The notes under the pieces: generated by a model
What the model was told of the DNA's origin: nothing
Databases searched by the model: none
Seen by the model: the letters and a program-made list of their open reading frames with translations, nothing else
Shown: piece after piece, positions 21,985 to 35,200 of the stretch
How the letters are laid out: the number at the start of each line of letters is the position of its first letter
Position numbering within the stretch: the stretch's first letter is position 1
Position numbers and translations under genes: made by a program
Source of the DNA: Macrostomum lignano
Taxonomy: Eukaryota
DNA: 64,000 nt
NCBI GenBank assembly: GCA_002269645.1
Contig: NIVC01000392.1
Span: forward strand, 62,001-126,000
Direction: 5' to 3'

Positions 21985-22560
21985 GCAGATGAGAGTGAAA
22001 AAAGAATAAATAGACAATAAAGAGAAAAGAGAGGTGAGAAAAAGGATAAAAGAATAGATAAAATAAAATATAAGAGTAGATAGGAGGGTAAAGAGAAAAA
22101 GAGAGGGCAAAGAGGAGAATAAAAGAGTACAGGGACAAAAGAGGGAAAAGAGGCAAATAAGAAAGATAAGAAGAGAGAGGAGAGATGAGATAGAGAGAGA
22201 AAAGACAAAATAAAAGAGAAGAGAGAGGAGAAAGATGAGACTAAAGATAAGAGAGCAGAGAACAGATGAGAGTAAAAGAAGGAATATTAAAGAAAAGAGA
22301 TTATAGGGGAGAGAGTTAGGAAAAGAAAGAAGAGAGAAGATAGAGGGAATAACAAAGGAAAAAGAAAAGAAGAGGAGAAAGATAAGAGAGCCCAGAGGGG
22401 ATACAGGAAAGAGTAGAAAATAGAATCAAGATGATTAAGATGAGAGAGAAAAGAGGAAAGTAGAGAGGATAGGAGAATAGGAAGAATAGAAAAGAGATGA
22501 AAAGAGAGATCAGAAGAGAGGAGAGAGAAAAGAGGAGACAAAAAAAGATAGAAGTTTCAA
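21985..22560. repeat. AG-rich low-complexity tract; related tract at about 31290-31490
   Basis: Nearly pure purine on +; both tracts end GAAGTT(T)CAAAGGACC. Confidence 0.7.
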
Positions 22561-24429
22561 AGGACCTAAAGGACATAAAGATTCAGAGGCAAGAGGCCAG
22601 AATTTGCCTATACAGGCCTTAGACAGACATTGCTTGTTATTGTTACATTATCAAATTAAATCTCCTTTATTTTGGGATTAGTCAAACAGTCTTCTTATTT
22701 TACTTTCTGAAAATGCATGAGCACCTTGCTATTAGTATTATCCTATAGTCCTAATAAACAGTTTCCCACTAGGCCAATATCTGTTTTATTAGATTTTTTT
22801 ATTTTTTCATTACTTATCCATAAAGATAGAGCCATATTATATATGTCTTGCTAAAGAAACTCTCAACTCTAGACCTAGTCTTATGGTCTATAGGCCCTAT
22901 TTGATAATGTATACATAGCCAGGCATAGGCATGGCTTAGCGTAACTATAGAATTTAGCTGTTTCTATAACTTAGATAATCAGGCCTAGCCTAAGTTAAAA
23001 ATATAATTAGGCTTAGTTATAAAAATGTATAAGTTCCTTACATGTTATAACTAGGAACTAGTTTTTTTAGTTTCTATAGTTTGCCATTTTATAGTTAGGC
23101 TTATACGAAATAAAGTAGGCCTATGCCAATATACTTTATTGGCAAACTATAGGCTTTTTGGCTTATGCCAATTCTATATTTATTTATATATAATTCTATG
23201 ACTCAAATGTCTTAAAGTAAAGAAAACTAAAGCAAGGCAGTTTATTAGACTGATTTGTATTCATGTTTTAGAATTTTTATTGTAATAATAGGTTTATTAT
23301 TATGTTATTGACCTAATTATTTGTGGTAAAAATAAATTTATGTTTGTTTTTTTAAATTAGCCATTTATACCATAAAATACACTCAACAACATGTTAGAGT
23401 TTCCACCCCAAAGCCAATAGTCAACTGTTCTCATATCTTAGCTCTAGATGACACAACCTATGGTTCTCATAGACCATGCCCATGGTTCTTATCTTAACAA
23501 TTTTGGCATGCAAATTAATGCTGTCTAATATATTGTTTATTAGCATATTGATGATTTAGCATACATTTTGTTACCAAGCAAGTGCTCTTAGAAGTTAGTA
23601 ATATATACTAGTATAAAATTGATTATATGTCTTATTGACACAATTATTTTGCCAGTTAGGATTAGAAACCATAAATTCAAATAAAAAATATTAATAAATC
23701 CAAGTTACATGATTTGGGAGACCCCTTGTTTACTTTGATTTCAACTAGGCTAATATCTAAAGCTGAGTGGATCAATCAATTGGTAGACAGGGTTTAATGT
23801 GTATCTCCTCATAGATGGCTGCCAACTCAAATGCAACACATATATCAATGCAGAATTTTCCTACGCAACAAATAGGCTATTTTAATGTTGAAATTTAAAG
23901 TAGTTTTATAGTTTGTTGATTCCCTCCAAAAAACTACGACTTTTTCGGACATTCCATAGTCTCAGTTAGAAAAAATGAGCCATTTTCACAGAATATTCTG
24001 TGGCCACATCAGTTTGAAATTGCAGTGCTATGCAACTCAAAACAGCAAAATTATTCCCAGGCAACATTGCCCATAGAAAACAGAAAGAATGGGGCCTTAT
24101 AAAAAGTAGCCAAATTTAGCAGCAGAAGTTTAAAAGCCTTCAGTTCTAAACTTTTTCAAGTCTTTTTGCCATAGACAAAAATTGTAACTTTCATTCTCAA
24201 GGCATAGACTTTCATTTACAATAGAGCTACATAAGGCTTTAAATAAAGCTATTAGTTGTCCATATTTAAAATTTTTGGGTAAAAATTTCAGGTTCATGTG
24301 TTCATCCAATCAATGTTATAAAATTCTCATTACTTATGAAACACCCCTCATATTATTTGTAATGCCTATATGTAAACATAATTACATTGACTACTATCTA
24401 AAAGTCAATCTGAGAAGTTTATAAGCCAA

Positions 24430-24725
24430 TGAGGAAAATGCATTGCTTGTGTACAACAAGGCATTACATGGTAAAATTCATGGCTTCTACTTTATATAGC
24501 AAGGCATTAGATGGTAAAATGCATGGCTTGTACTTTTATACAGCAAGGCATTGATTAGATTAAAATGCATTGCTTGTATACAACAAGGCATTGATTAGAT
24601 TAAAAATGTATCACTTGTGTACAACAAGGCATTAGATAGTAAAATGCATAGCTTGTACTTTATATAACAAGGCATTGATTAGATTAAAAATGCATCGCTT
24701 GTGTACAACAAGGCATTAAATAGTA
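24430..24725. repeat. About 38-40-bp degenerate tandem repeat
   Basis: GCATTGCTTGTGTACAACAAGGCATT-type units. Confidence 0.8.
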
Positions 24726-26764
24726 AAATAGAGGAGGTCAAATTGTTAGTGAGATACTTAAATATGTATTTCTGTTTATTTATAAATGAAATTTATATCT
24801 AGCTGAAGTGGTCGGATATATCCTATTGCTACACTCCTAAAAATATTATACAGACAAAAATCAAAGCAACACTTTTAAGTCTCTTCTAGCTATTCTAGCT
24901 TGCAGATGGAAAGAAAATCTCCATCATTCAATGTTCATAGACAATGGACATCTAGGGTTCAATGTTCTGCTTGTAGACAACTGCCCTCATAACTTTGCTG
25001 TATTAGGACTGTATTAGGTTCTTTAATGCTGATGCATTTTGTCTACAATAGACATTGTCAGGGTTCACTAAATTTATCAAATGAAGTCATCTAACTTGTT
25101 GTGAATCATTTGATCATAAATCTTTGCTGTACAACCATAAAATTGACTGCATGTCAATATGAAATATCAACAAGTGGCAACGCTGTGCCCGGTAGTAGCC
25201 AAACCTGGATCTCGACAAGTAGCAATGCTGTGCCTGGTAGCAGCCAAACCTGGATATTGACAAGTGGCAATGCTGTGCCCGGCAGCAGCTGAACCTGGAT
25301 CTTGACAAGCGACAATGCTGTGTCTTGTAGGAACCATGGCTTGATTAAGAATTGAGTGACTGTCTTCCTTTTCCATGGCTAAGGGATCTTTGGAGGCTCT
25401 GATACCTCCGATACTTCGGCTGTGGCTTACAGTAAATTCAATCTGATCTCTACTATTGCTAATGGAGACCAGTTCTGCCTTCGTCAATTTGTTTAAGGGC
25501 TTATTTTTGGAACATCCTCTGGCCAATACAGCCAAAGGCCTTGCAAAGGGTATTTTTCGTATTGCAGCTTTCACTTTCCACTGGCTGATGCTGTGTGACG
25601 GAAGCAATAGATGGGTTGCACAGATGCACTTGGATATATATTCAAAGTGAAGCAATATATAGCATAATAAAGTTTTCATTTTCTCTATCATACCAGAAGA
25701 TACTCTTGACACACATTTTATTAGAGCATGTTGACTTTATGAAGTTTCCAAACTGGATCTTATATACTTAAGAATACAAAAAATCTAAGACATCTGCTTC
25801 TATGAAGCAAAGGTACTAATTACTGAATTTTGATTGTAACAGAGTTGCAACATGCTTGTGCAATTCTCTTACAGACCAGCAATTAAAAGGTTGCTGGTGT
25901 GACAATCAACTGGTTCGATCAACAGCCAACTAAAAAGAAGCAATTAAGGTTGAAGCATGTGCATTTTTGTAACACCTTGCTACAAGCTTATAATAACTAG
26001 GTACTAACATACATTGTTATTAGCTGGAACTTTTGGGTTGAGTTTGGTAGACACAGACAGTGAAATAACCTTAAATGTGGCCTGTCAAGACAAGCAATTC
26101 AAAAATAATTCTGAAACTTGTGTCAAACAGTACATTCAACAAAAAACTCACACCAAAAAAACTTAAGCTTCCTTTTTTAAGACTGCCAATGCTCGCAGTT
26201 TGTTTCTGCTACTTTGGTCCTAAGAAGGGCCTTTTGATTGGCATCAAAAAAGCAAAAGCAGCCTTTACAGCTGGCATATGATCTGTGTGAAATATCAAGA
26301 GCAAGTAGAGATGAGTAAGCAAAGTTCTATAAAACCTAAAAATTCTGACAGTTAAATTACAAATTAACCATTCAAGGGAGCATGATATACCAAAGTTATT
26401 TGATCCCTGCATCTGTTCTCGTACAAAAACATCCTAAGCAGACACTTGATGAGCCATTTCTGCAAAGATGAAATAAATTTGAATGTACAAGCCATTGATC
26501 ACAACAAAAAAATCTTATCAGGCATTTACTGGATTACAATTTTGACTTCCAAGAATGTAGGAAAATAAAATATAGGGATTTTTTAATGAAAAAGGTGATG
26601 ATTGATTAATAACAGAAAAACGTAAGAGAAGCAAGCAGAGAGAAAGAGGAAGTTGTAAGGGAAATGAAAGATAGATGATTATAGGCACATATTCCTACTA
26701 TCAAAAAAGACAAAGGCAAAGAAAAAGAAGGTAAAGGTTGGAAGGGAATGTTAGCAATGCAGGT

Positions 26765-27390
26765 AGAAGGCAAGAGATTAAGGCAGAGTGGAAGGCAAGA
26801 GATTAGGGCAGAGTAGAAGGCAAGAGATTAGGGCAGAGTGGAAGGCAAGAGATTAGGGCAGAGTGGAAGGCAAGAGATTAGGGCAGAGTAGAAGGCAAGA
26901 GATTAGGACAGAGTAGAAGGTACAAGGTACAAATTTAAAGGTAGAAGGGGAAACCAGAAAGCAGATAGAAATGAGAAAACAGAAAGCAAATGGAAGGGGA
27001 AACCAGAAAGCTGGTGGAAAGGGAAACCAAAAAGCAGATGGAAGGGGAAATCAGAAAGCAAGTAGAAGGGGAAAGCAGATAGAAAGGGAAAGCAAAAAGC
27101 AGGTAGAAGGGGAAATCAGAAAGCAGGTGGAAAGGGAAAGCAGAAAGCAGAAAAAAGAGAAAGCAGAAGGAAGGGGAAAGTAGAAAGCAGATGAAAGGGG
27201 AAAGCAGAAAGGAGGTGGAAGGGGAAGGCAGAAAGCAGGTAGAAGGGGAAAGCAGATAGGAGGTGGAAGGGGAAGGCAGAAAGCAGGTAGAAGGGGAAAG
27301 CAGAAAGGAGGTGGAAGGGGAAAGCAGAAAGGAGGTGGAATAGGAAAGCAGAAAGCAGATAGAAAGGGAAAGCAAAAAGTGGATAAAAAA
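26765..27390. repeat. Purine-rich tandem repeats
   Basis: GAAGGCAAGAGATTAGGGCAGAGT units, followed by GAAGGGGAAAGCAGAAAGCAG variants. Confidence 0.85.
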
Positions 27391-30381
27391 TGAAAAGATA
27401 ACACGTAGACAAAATTAGAAAAAAGGTAATTAGGTTGTAATAGAAGAAATGGTTAAATAATAAATGTGGAAAGCTAATACATAGAAAAGAATAAAGAAAA
27501 GGAGGCAAGAAGCTAATTGAAAGGATAGCAAAAAGCACATTGAAGCAGGTAAAAGTGGAGGCAAGTAGGCCTAGAATAAAATTTAAAAAATAAGTAGAAG
27601 AGAGAGAAGAAAGGGAGAAGGCTAAAAGCAGTTTTTTAGCTAAAATAACAGAACCTAAAGCAATATAAAATGTCCTAGGTTCTAAGCCAAGATAAATTAT
27701 AAGAAATACTTTATTAGCATTAGAAACATACTTGGAGCTCTAGACCTTATATAATTTTTTTTCAAAAAATCTATTAAACTTTGCTTTTTATTTATGATTA
27801 TGTATAAACATAGTTGTTTTTATCTTTTTAAACTATTAACTTGTCTCAGTTTTCAATAAATTATATAAAAATCTGTATCTTAGCCAAGTATATTATTGTG
27901 TACAAAGTAATAAATAATAATAACAATAATAACTATTATTAATACTAATAGCCAAGCTTAGCAAACAAATACAAGCTACTTTAAATATATAAATTATTTA
28001 TAGATATAACTTTAACTATAATCATGCATACAAATACAAAAAAATAAAAAAGTGTAAAATTTGGACTTGGAAGTATAGCCTTAGCCAAATATTAAAATTT
28101 TTATACATTAGCTAGCTAGTATCAAAATCTATTAAATGGAGTAGACCTTGAAAAATTCACTAGATCTATGTAAAATTTATAATTATAAATAAAAAGTCTA
28201 TGTATAAATAATTTTGGCCTTATATTGATTGTTATTAGATAAGCATTTTTGCATTTAGTTTAGGCTTTGGCCTAGCTAGCCTATAGCCTACCAAATAAAT
28301 AGACCTAATTTTATTATATAATAGGCCCCTATCTAATATCTATCTATCTAAAACTCACTCTAACCAACCAACAGACTAGTATTTTACAATTTATGGTAAA
28401 TGCCTTGCCTTTGACTGGACATATAGGCATATTTATAAAAAAAACAAGAGAAATAATTTCAATATACAATAAAAAATTATATTAATTGGTAATCCTGATA
28501 TTTCACATTACTGAATTTTTGTAGCATTGATCAAAATTTAGGTTAGTTTAATTTAGTTAGCTCAAAAAGTAAAAAATCATTTTCTAAGTGCAACAACACT
28601 TAATTTTATTAGGCCTACATTATGATATAAAGCATTTATAGAACTAATTCAACTTCAAATGCATTTTACAGTGTTTGATAAAAGCCTAGACTAAAACTAT
28701 GTGGACAGACATTGACCTGTCATTTAATCATCAATTCTGACAAGACTGTTCTGTGCCTACCATAACATAGACTATGGCTATGCCTATTTATTATATGTTG
28801 GCTTATACCCTTATATATGCAGGATACACGACATAAATCATAGACGTAGCATCATAATTGCAAACTTCAAAAGGGTGCCACTTTATTTTCTTGATGTAGA
28901 ACTATAAGGCTTACAATGCATGCAACTCTGCACTAGCTGCATGCATTGCTAGGCTAAAAACTGTGTATCTTATATATAGATAGGCCTAACAAATAGAACA
29001 CAGTTGAATGCCTACATGTATCCCTCTAATTTTAGGATGCCAAAAAGTTTACTTTACAAATTGGATCTGGTTCTAGAACCAAAACAGGTTATTTCATTGA
29101 ATATGAAAAGGCCCTTGGTTAAAATTAAAACATCTGTGCATCCTGGCTTTGGGGCTAAATTTTTCAGATTTGTCAATACTACGAGTAATAGGCTAACATC
29201 CTTAAAACCTTGTCCTTAGCCATTAGGCTAGGGCCCAGTTAAATCTCATGTTGAAGCAAAAACAAGTTTCTATTTTTTCAACATCTTTTCTTTCATCTAC
29301 AACATATGATATGTCTAGGTACTAGGCCTATATCATCAAATATAAATGTATGATAACTGAATTTTTAGTGTTGCTTCCTATTGTCCCCACCTAACTGCCT
29401 TGCAGTTAGACAAAGGTTAGGCCTTAGTATTTAATTGTTTTATAAGCCTAGAAAATTCTCCATACTATAGAGCCTACCTATTGTAGCAACTATAGCAGCT
29501 ATAAATAATTAAGGCAAAAATTATCACACAAGGCCTTAAATGATATAGAATTATATAATATTAATTATATCAAATAATCAAATAAATATTTTTAAGTTTT
29601 TCATTTGCATAGTCAAAACTTTAATGCAAACTATGAGTATGTATAAGTTTAAGCAAATTTGCCAAACAAAAGCAAAAGCATAGAATTTTTAGAAGTTTTT
29701 TTAGGCCCTATATAGGCTTAATTATAAATATTATTGGTAAAAAAACTTCAATTTTTTACTGTTATAATTGTAATACAATATAGTATATGAGGTAATTTAA
29801 TAAATTAAAGATCAAATATCTAAATAAAATTATCACTATCTTATATATTATAATCATGAGATACAATATCTTCCCATTGAGTTTTATTATAATAATACTA
29901 GCATATGGTAACCCAGACTTAGCTTGAGTATAACAATAATAGATTTATATAATTTCTTTAATTAAATCCTGTTAAAATATTGCTACTGGGGTAGCAATAG
30001 GAATATGTCCCCTCCTAATAAATGATAGGAGAAATGCCATTTTTGTCTCCTTTTCATTGTCTAAATCAATTTTTTTTCAAAGTGCCTTTGATGCCAAAAT
30101 AAGTGCCTATTTCACACTTGCAACACTAAAATAAATGCCTAGGGCACCAAAATAAATAGGCCATTTATAGAGTCAAGTTAAATGCATATATTGCATAATT
30201 GTACATTGTGCCAACTGAGTGCCTCTCTATGGTATCAAAATGTCTACAAAGCTATTAAGCTAAAATGAGTGCTAACAATACAAATTTGTAATGTATATAA
30301 TAATTTAGTTCTGTAGAATTCTTAGCTTTTCCCTTCTTACTATGTCATTAATAGCAATACCCTTAAAAGCTGAAACTATTT

Positions 30382-30739
30382 TTTTATTAGAGGCAGGGGG
30401 TTAGGTGCACCCTGGTGCACTTTAAGCAAAATGGGCACACAACCGGCAAGAGGCATTACTACCCATTCCACCGACTCCCCTGAGCAGGCACACAAGCGTG
30501 CAGATACGTACGCAGGCACACACTCACACAGGAGTGCACAGCGGCCCTAACTTTATTTTATTGTTAGGCATGTACACTTCACTGCGCCTTTGGGGGTTGG
30601 CTCTCAAGGCCGTTAATTGCATGAGCAGAGCCAAGCCAAGATTCCAATTCAGCCCCAAATTAATGTGACTGCACTTGGAATTGAGCCTGGGTTGCTGGCA
30701 CACCAGAGCAGCTGCGCAACTGCTGGGCTACGGCCCCCT
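30382..30739 (-). mobile_element. tRNA-derived SINE, full length
   Basis: 13-bp TSD GCTGAAACTATTT (30369-30381, 30740-30752); head GGGGCCGTAGCCCAGCAG (A box) and GGCTCAATTCC (B box); tail CTCTAATAAAAAAA; homologous to 52969-53134 and 55229-55588. Confidence 0.88.
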
Positions 30740-31598
30740 GCTGAAACTATTTGCTATTGAGTGTATAAAATTTAAGCTATAATACTAGACTAGTTTTATG
30801 TTTAAAATGGTATTTTCTATATAAATGATAATTTTCTTTTTAAATATAAGTATGTAATTATCAAATAATGCTATTTTACTATAATTTTTAAAAACTACTT
30901 TATTCTTAAAGCTATTAAAAGTAAGAAATATTTATTGAGCAAAATTTATGAATGGGTACCTCTTTTTTGTTTAGGTTAGTGGGTCTTTTTATTAGGCCTA
31001 TGAAAAATTTTGTCTATTCCAGTAAATTATAAACCTCAATAATAACAAAAATGCTTAATTCTTGGCTAATTGAAAAAAATAAACACTTGCACAAGTGATT
31101 AAACTGAAAACAGATTTAACAATGGCATACAGAGCAAACCTATATTGTGAAAATCTCTTTAGATATGGCTGTTCAGTCCAAGGTCAGGGTAATTGCGACA
31201 TAATTCTTAATAACCCCAGCTAATGCTATAAGTTTTATAGCCAAGTAAACTAAAGCAATGCAGACTAAGGTGTTTTTGCTCAAGGACACAAATTGAGAGA
31301 GGAGAGGAGAGAAGAAACAAGAGAAAAAATATAATAGAGGAGAGGAGAACAAAGGCTAAGAAAACAAAGAGGAAAAGAAAAACAAGAGAGATGAGAGGAA
31401 AGCAGAAACAAGAAAAGAGAGAAGACGAGAGAGGTGAAAAAGAGAGGAAAGAGGAGACAGGAGTGAGAAGAGACAAGAGAGAAGTTCAAAGGACCCGTAC
31501 CCGGAGGTTCAAGAAATTTGAATTTTATTTTCATCATGGCTAATCTGTTAATTAATTAATATTGGCCACCAATCTCTACTCCAGCAGCCGGACCCACA

Positions 31599-32222
31599 AT
31601 GGTGAAGCGCAAGAACATCATACCGAATGCCCATTTCCACAAGGACTGGCAGCGCTTTGTTCGCACCTGGTTCAACCAGCCCGCTCGCAAGGAGCGCCGT
31701 CGTAAGGCGCGCGTTGAGAAAGCGCGCCTTGTAGCGCCAAGGCCAGTGAATGGGCCGCTTCGCCCTGTGGTCCGCTGCCAGACCATCAGGTACAACATGC
31801 GTGTTCGCCCCGGCCGCGGCTTCAGCCTGGACGAGCTCAAGGCCGCCGGCATCAATCGCCGAGTCGCCCAAACCATCGGCATCGCCGTTGATCATCGGCG
31901 CAAGAATCGCTCAGCCGAGAGTCTGCAGCGCAATGCCCAGCGATTGAAGGCCTACCGTGGCAAGCTGATCCTATTCCCGAAGAATCCCAAGGCGCCAAAG
32001 GCTGGCGAAGCTTCCGAGGAGGAGCTCCGGTCTGTTGTACAGCGTCCGCTGCCGCCCGTGGTGGCTCCCGGCCGCCGGCTGCGCCGCGTGAAGGCTCGCG
32101 TCCAGTCTGAGGACGACAAGAAGTTCCACGCCTTCCACGCCATCCGCCAGGCCCGGGCTAACAAGCGGCTGGACGGACTGCGCAAGAAGAAGGCGGAACA
32201 GGCCGAGAAGGAGAAGAAGTGA
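31599..32222 (+). CDS. RPL13: 60S ribosomal protein L13 (eL13), intronless, 207 aa
   Basis: [34 protein letters not shown] and [23 protein letters not shown] signatures; intact ORF. Confidence 0.97.
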   Translation: MVKRKNIIPNAHFHKDWQRFVRTWFNQPARKERRRKARVEKARLVAPRPVNGPLRPVVRCQTIRYNMRVRPGRGFSLDELKAAGINRRVAQTIGIAVDHRRKNRSAESLQRNAQRLKAYRGKLILFPKNPKAPKAGEASEEELRSVVQRPLPPVVAPGRRLRRVKARVQSEDDKKFHAFHAIRQARANKRLDGLRKKKAEQAEKEKK

Positions 32223-32416
32223 AGTTCGAAATCAAAACCGGCTGACTGACTGGCACATCGGTTTGATTGTACGGAATTGCTGAATGATTGAAACAATTCA
32301 AATACACTAATTGAAGCGATGCGATGGGTTGGATTTGAAACTAAGTCCGCAATTTGCGTTTGGATTGAAAAAAAAAATATATAAACAAAAGTTGTTGGCT
32401 TTTATTGCGTTTTTTA

Positions 32417-35200
32417 TGGCGCCTTCTCAAACAAAATGGCGCCTCTCTTTAATTGAATGGCGCCTCTCCACAAATGGAATGGCGCCTCTCTCAAATTAAA
32501 TGGCGTCTCTCTCAAATTAAATGGCGCATCTCCACAAATGCAATAGCACCTCTCTCAAATTAAATGGCGCCTCTCTCAAATTAACTGGCGTCTCTCTCAA
32601 ATTAACTGGCGTCTCTCTCAAATTAACTGGCGCCTCTCTCAAATTAAATGGCGCCTCTCCACAAATGGAATGGCGCCTCTCTCAAATTAAATGGCGTCTC
32701 TCTCAAATTAAATGGCGCATCTCCACAAATGGAATGGCGTCTCTCTCAAATTAAATGGCGCATCTCCACAAATGGAATGGCGTCTCTCTCAAATTAAATG
32801 GCGCCTCTCCACAAATGGAATGGCGTCTCTCTCAAATTAAATGGCGCATCTCCACAAATGGAATGGCGCCTCTCTCAAATTAAATGGCGTCTCTCTCAAA
32901 TTAAATGGCGCATCTCCACAAATGGAATGGCGCCTCTCTCAAATTAAATGGCGCCTCTCTTAAATTAAATGGCGTCTCTCTCAAATTAAATGGCGCATCT
33001 CCACAAATGGAATGGCGTCTCTCTCAAATTAAATGGCGTCTCTCTCAAATTAAATGGCGTCTCTCTCAAATTAAATGGCGCCTCTCTCAAATTAAATGGC
33101 GTCTCTCTCAAATTAAATGGCGCATCTCCACAAATGGAATGGCGCCTCTCTCAAATTAAATGGCGCATCTCCACAAATGCAATAGCACCTCTCTCAAATT
33201 AAATGGCGCCTCTCTCAAATTAACTGGCGTCTCTCTCAAATTAAATGGCGCCTCTCCACAAATGGAATGGCGCCTCTCTTAAATTAAATGGCGCCTCTCT
33301 CAAATTAAATGGCGTCTCAAATTAAATGGAGTCTCTCTCAAATGGAATGGTGCCTCTCTCAAATTGAATGGCGCCTCTCCTAAATGAAATGGCGCCTCTC
33401 TTAAATGAAATGGCGCCTCTCTCAAATTAAATGGCGCCTCTCCTAAAACGTGCTGCCTTTCTTAAACAAAATGACACCTCTCCTCAAATGAAATGGCGCC
33501 TCGAATAAAATGACGCTTCTTAAAAATGACGTTTTCTTAAACAAAATGGCGCCTCTCTTAAGTGAAATGGCGTGTCTCCCAAATGCAATGGCGCCTCTCC
33601 ACAAATGAAATGGCGCCTCTCCACAAATGAAATGGCGCCTCTCCACAAATGAAATGGCGCCTCTCTCAAATATAATGGTGCCTCTCTTAAATGCAATGGC
33701 GTCCCTCTCAAATGGAATGGCGCTTCTTTAATAAAATGACGTCTTCTCAACTGGAATGGCGCCTCAAATGGAATGGTGCCTCTCTCAAATGCAATGACGT
33801 CTCTATCAAATGAAATGGCAGTGTCTCTTAAATTAAATGGCGCCTCTCCTAAAAAAGTGCTGCCACTCTCAAACGAAATGACACCTCTCCACAAATGAAA
33901 TGGCGCCTATCTCAAATGGAATGGCACCTCTCTCAAATGGAATGGCGTCTCTCTCAAATGGAATGGCGTCTCTCTCAAATATAATGGCGTCTCTCTCAAA
34001 TGGAATGGCGTCTCTCTCAAATGGAATGGCGTCTCTCTCAAATATAATGGCGTCTCTCTCAAATATAATGGCGTCTCTCTCAAATGAAATGGCGCCTATC
34101 TCAAATGGAATGGCGTCTCTCTCAAATAGAATGGCGTCTCTCTCAAATATAATGGCGTCTCTCTCAAATGAAATGGCGCCTATCTCAAATGGAATGGCAC
34201 CTCTCTCAAATGGAATGGCGTCTCTCTCAAATATAATGGCGTCTCTCTCAAATATAATGGCGTCTCTCTCAAATGGAATGGCGTCTCTCTCAAATGGAAT
34301 GGCGTCTCTCTCAAATGGAATGGCACCTCTCTCAAATGGAATGGCACCTCTCTCAAATGGAATGGCGTCTCTCTCAAATGGAATGGCGTCTCTCTCAAAT
34401 ATAATGACGTCTCTCTCAAATATAATGGCGTCTCTCTCAAATGAAATGGCGCCTATCTCAAATGGAATGGCGTCTCTCTCAAATGGAATGGCGTCTCTCT
34501 CAAATATAATGGCGTCTCTCTCAAATGAAATGGCGCCTATCTCAAATGGAATGGCACCTCTCTCAAATGGAATGGCGTCTCTCTCAAATATAATGGCGTC
34601 TCTCTCAAATATAATGGCGTCTCTCTCAAATGGAATGGCGTCTCTCTCAAATGGAATGGCGTCTCTCTCAAATGGAATGGCACCTCTCTCAAATGGAATG
34701 GCACCTCTCTCAAATGGAATGGCGTCTCTCTCAAATATAATGGTGTCTCTCTCAAATGGAATGGCGTCTCTCTCAAATATAATGGTGTCTCTCTCAAATG
34801 GAATGGCGTCTCTCTCAAATGGAATGGTGTCTCTCTCAAATGGAATGGCACCTCTCTCAAATGGAATGGCACCTCTCTCAAATGGAATGGCACCTCTCTC
34901 AAATGGAATGGCGTCTCTCTCAAATGGAATGGCGTCTCTCTCAAATGGAATGGCGTCTCTCTCAAATGGAATGGCGTCTCTCTCAAATGGAATGGCGCCT
35001 CTCTCAAATGGAATGGCGTCTCTCTCAAATGGAATGGCGTCTCTCTCAAATGGAATGGCGTCTCTCTCAAATGGAATGGCGTCTCTCTCAAATGGAATGG
35101 CGTCTCTCTCAAATATAATGGCGTCTCTCTCAAATGGAATGGCGTCTCTCTCAAATATAATGGCGCATCTCTCAAATGAAGTGCCGCCTCTCTTTATAAA
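32417..35200. repeat. 21-bp satellite, about 2.8 kb
   Basis: CAAATGGAATGGCGTCTCTCT with CAAATTAAAT, CAAATATAAT and CCAC variants. Confidence 0.97.

Noticed and set aside
21806-27538. Phe/Leu/Ser-rich minus-strand ORFs at 21.8-22.6 and 26.9-27.5 kb
   Set aside because: Complement of purine-rich low-complexity tracts
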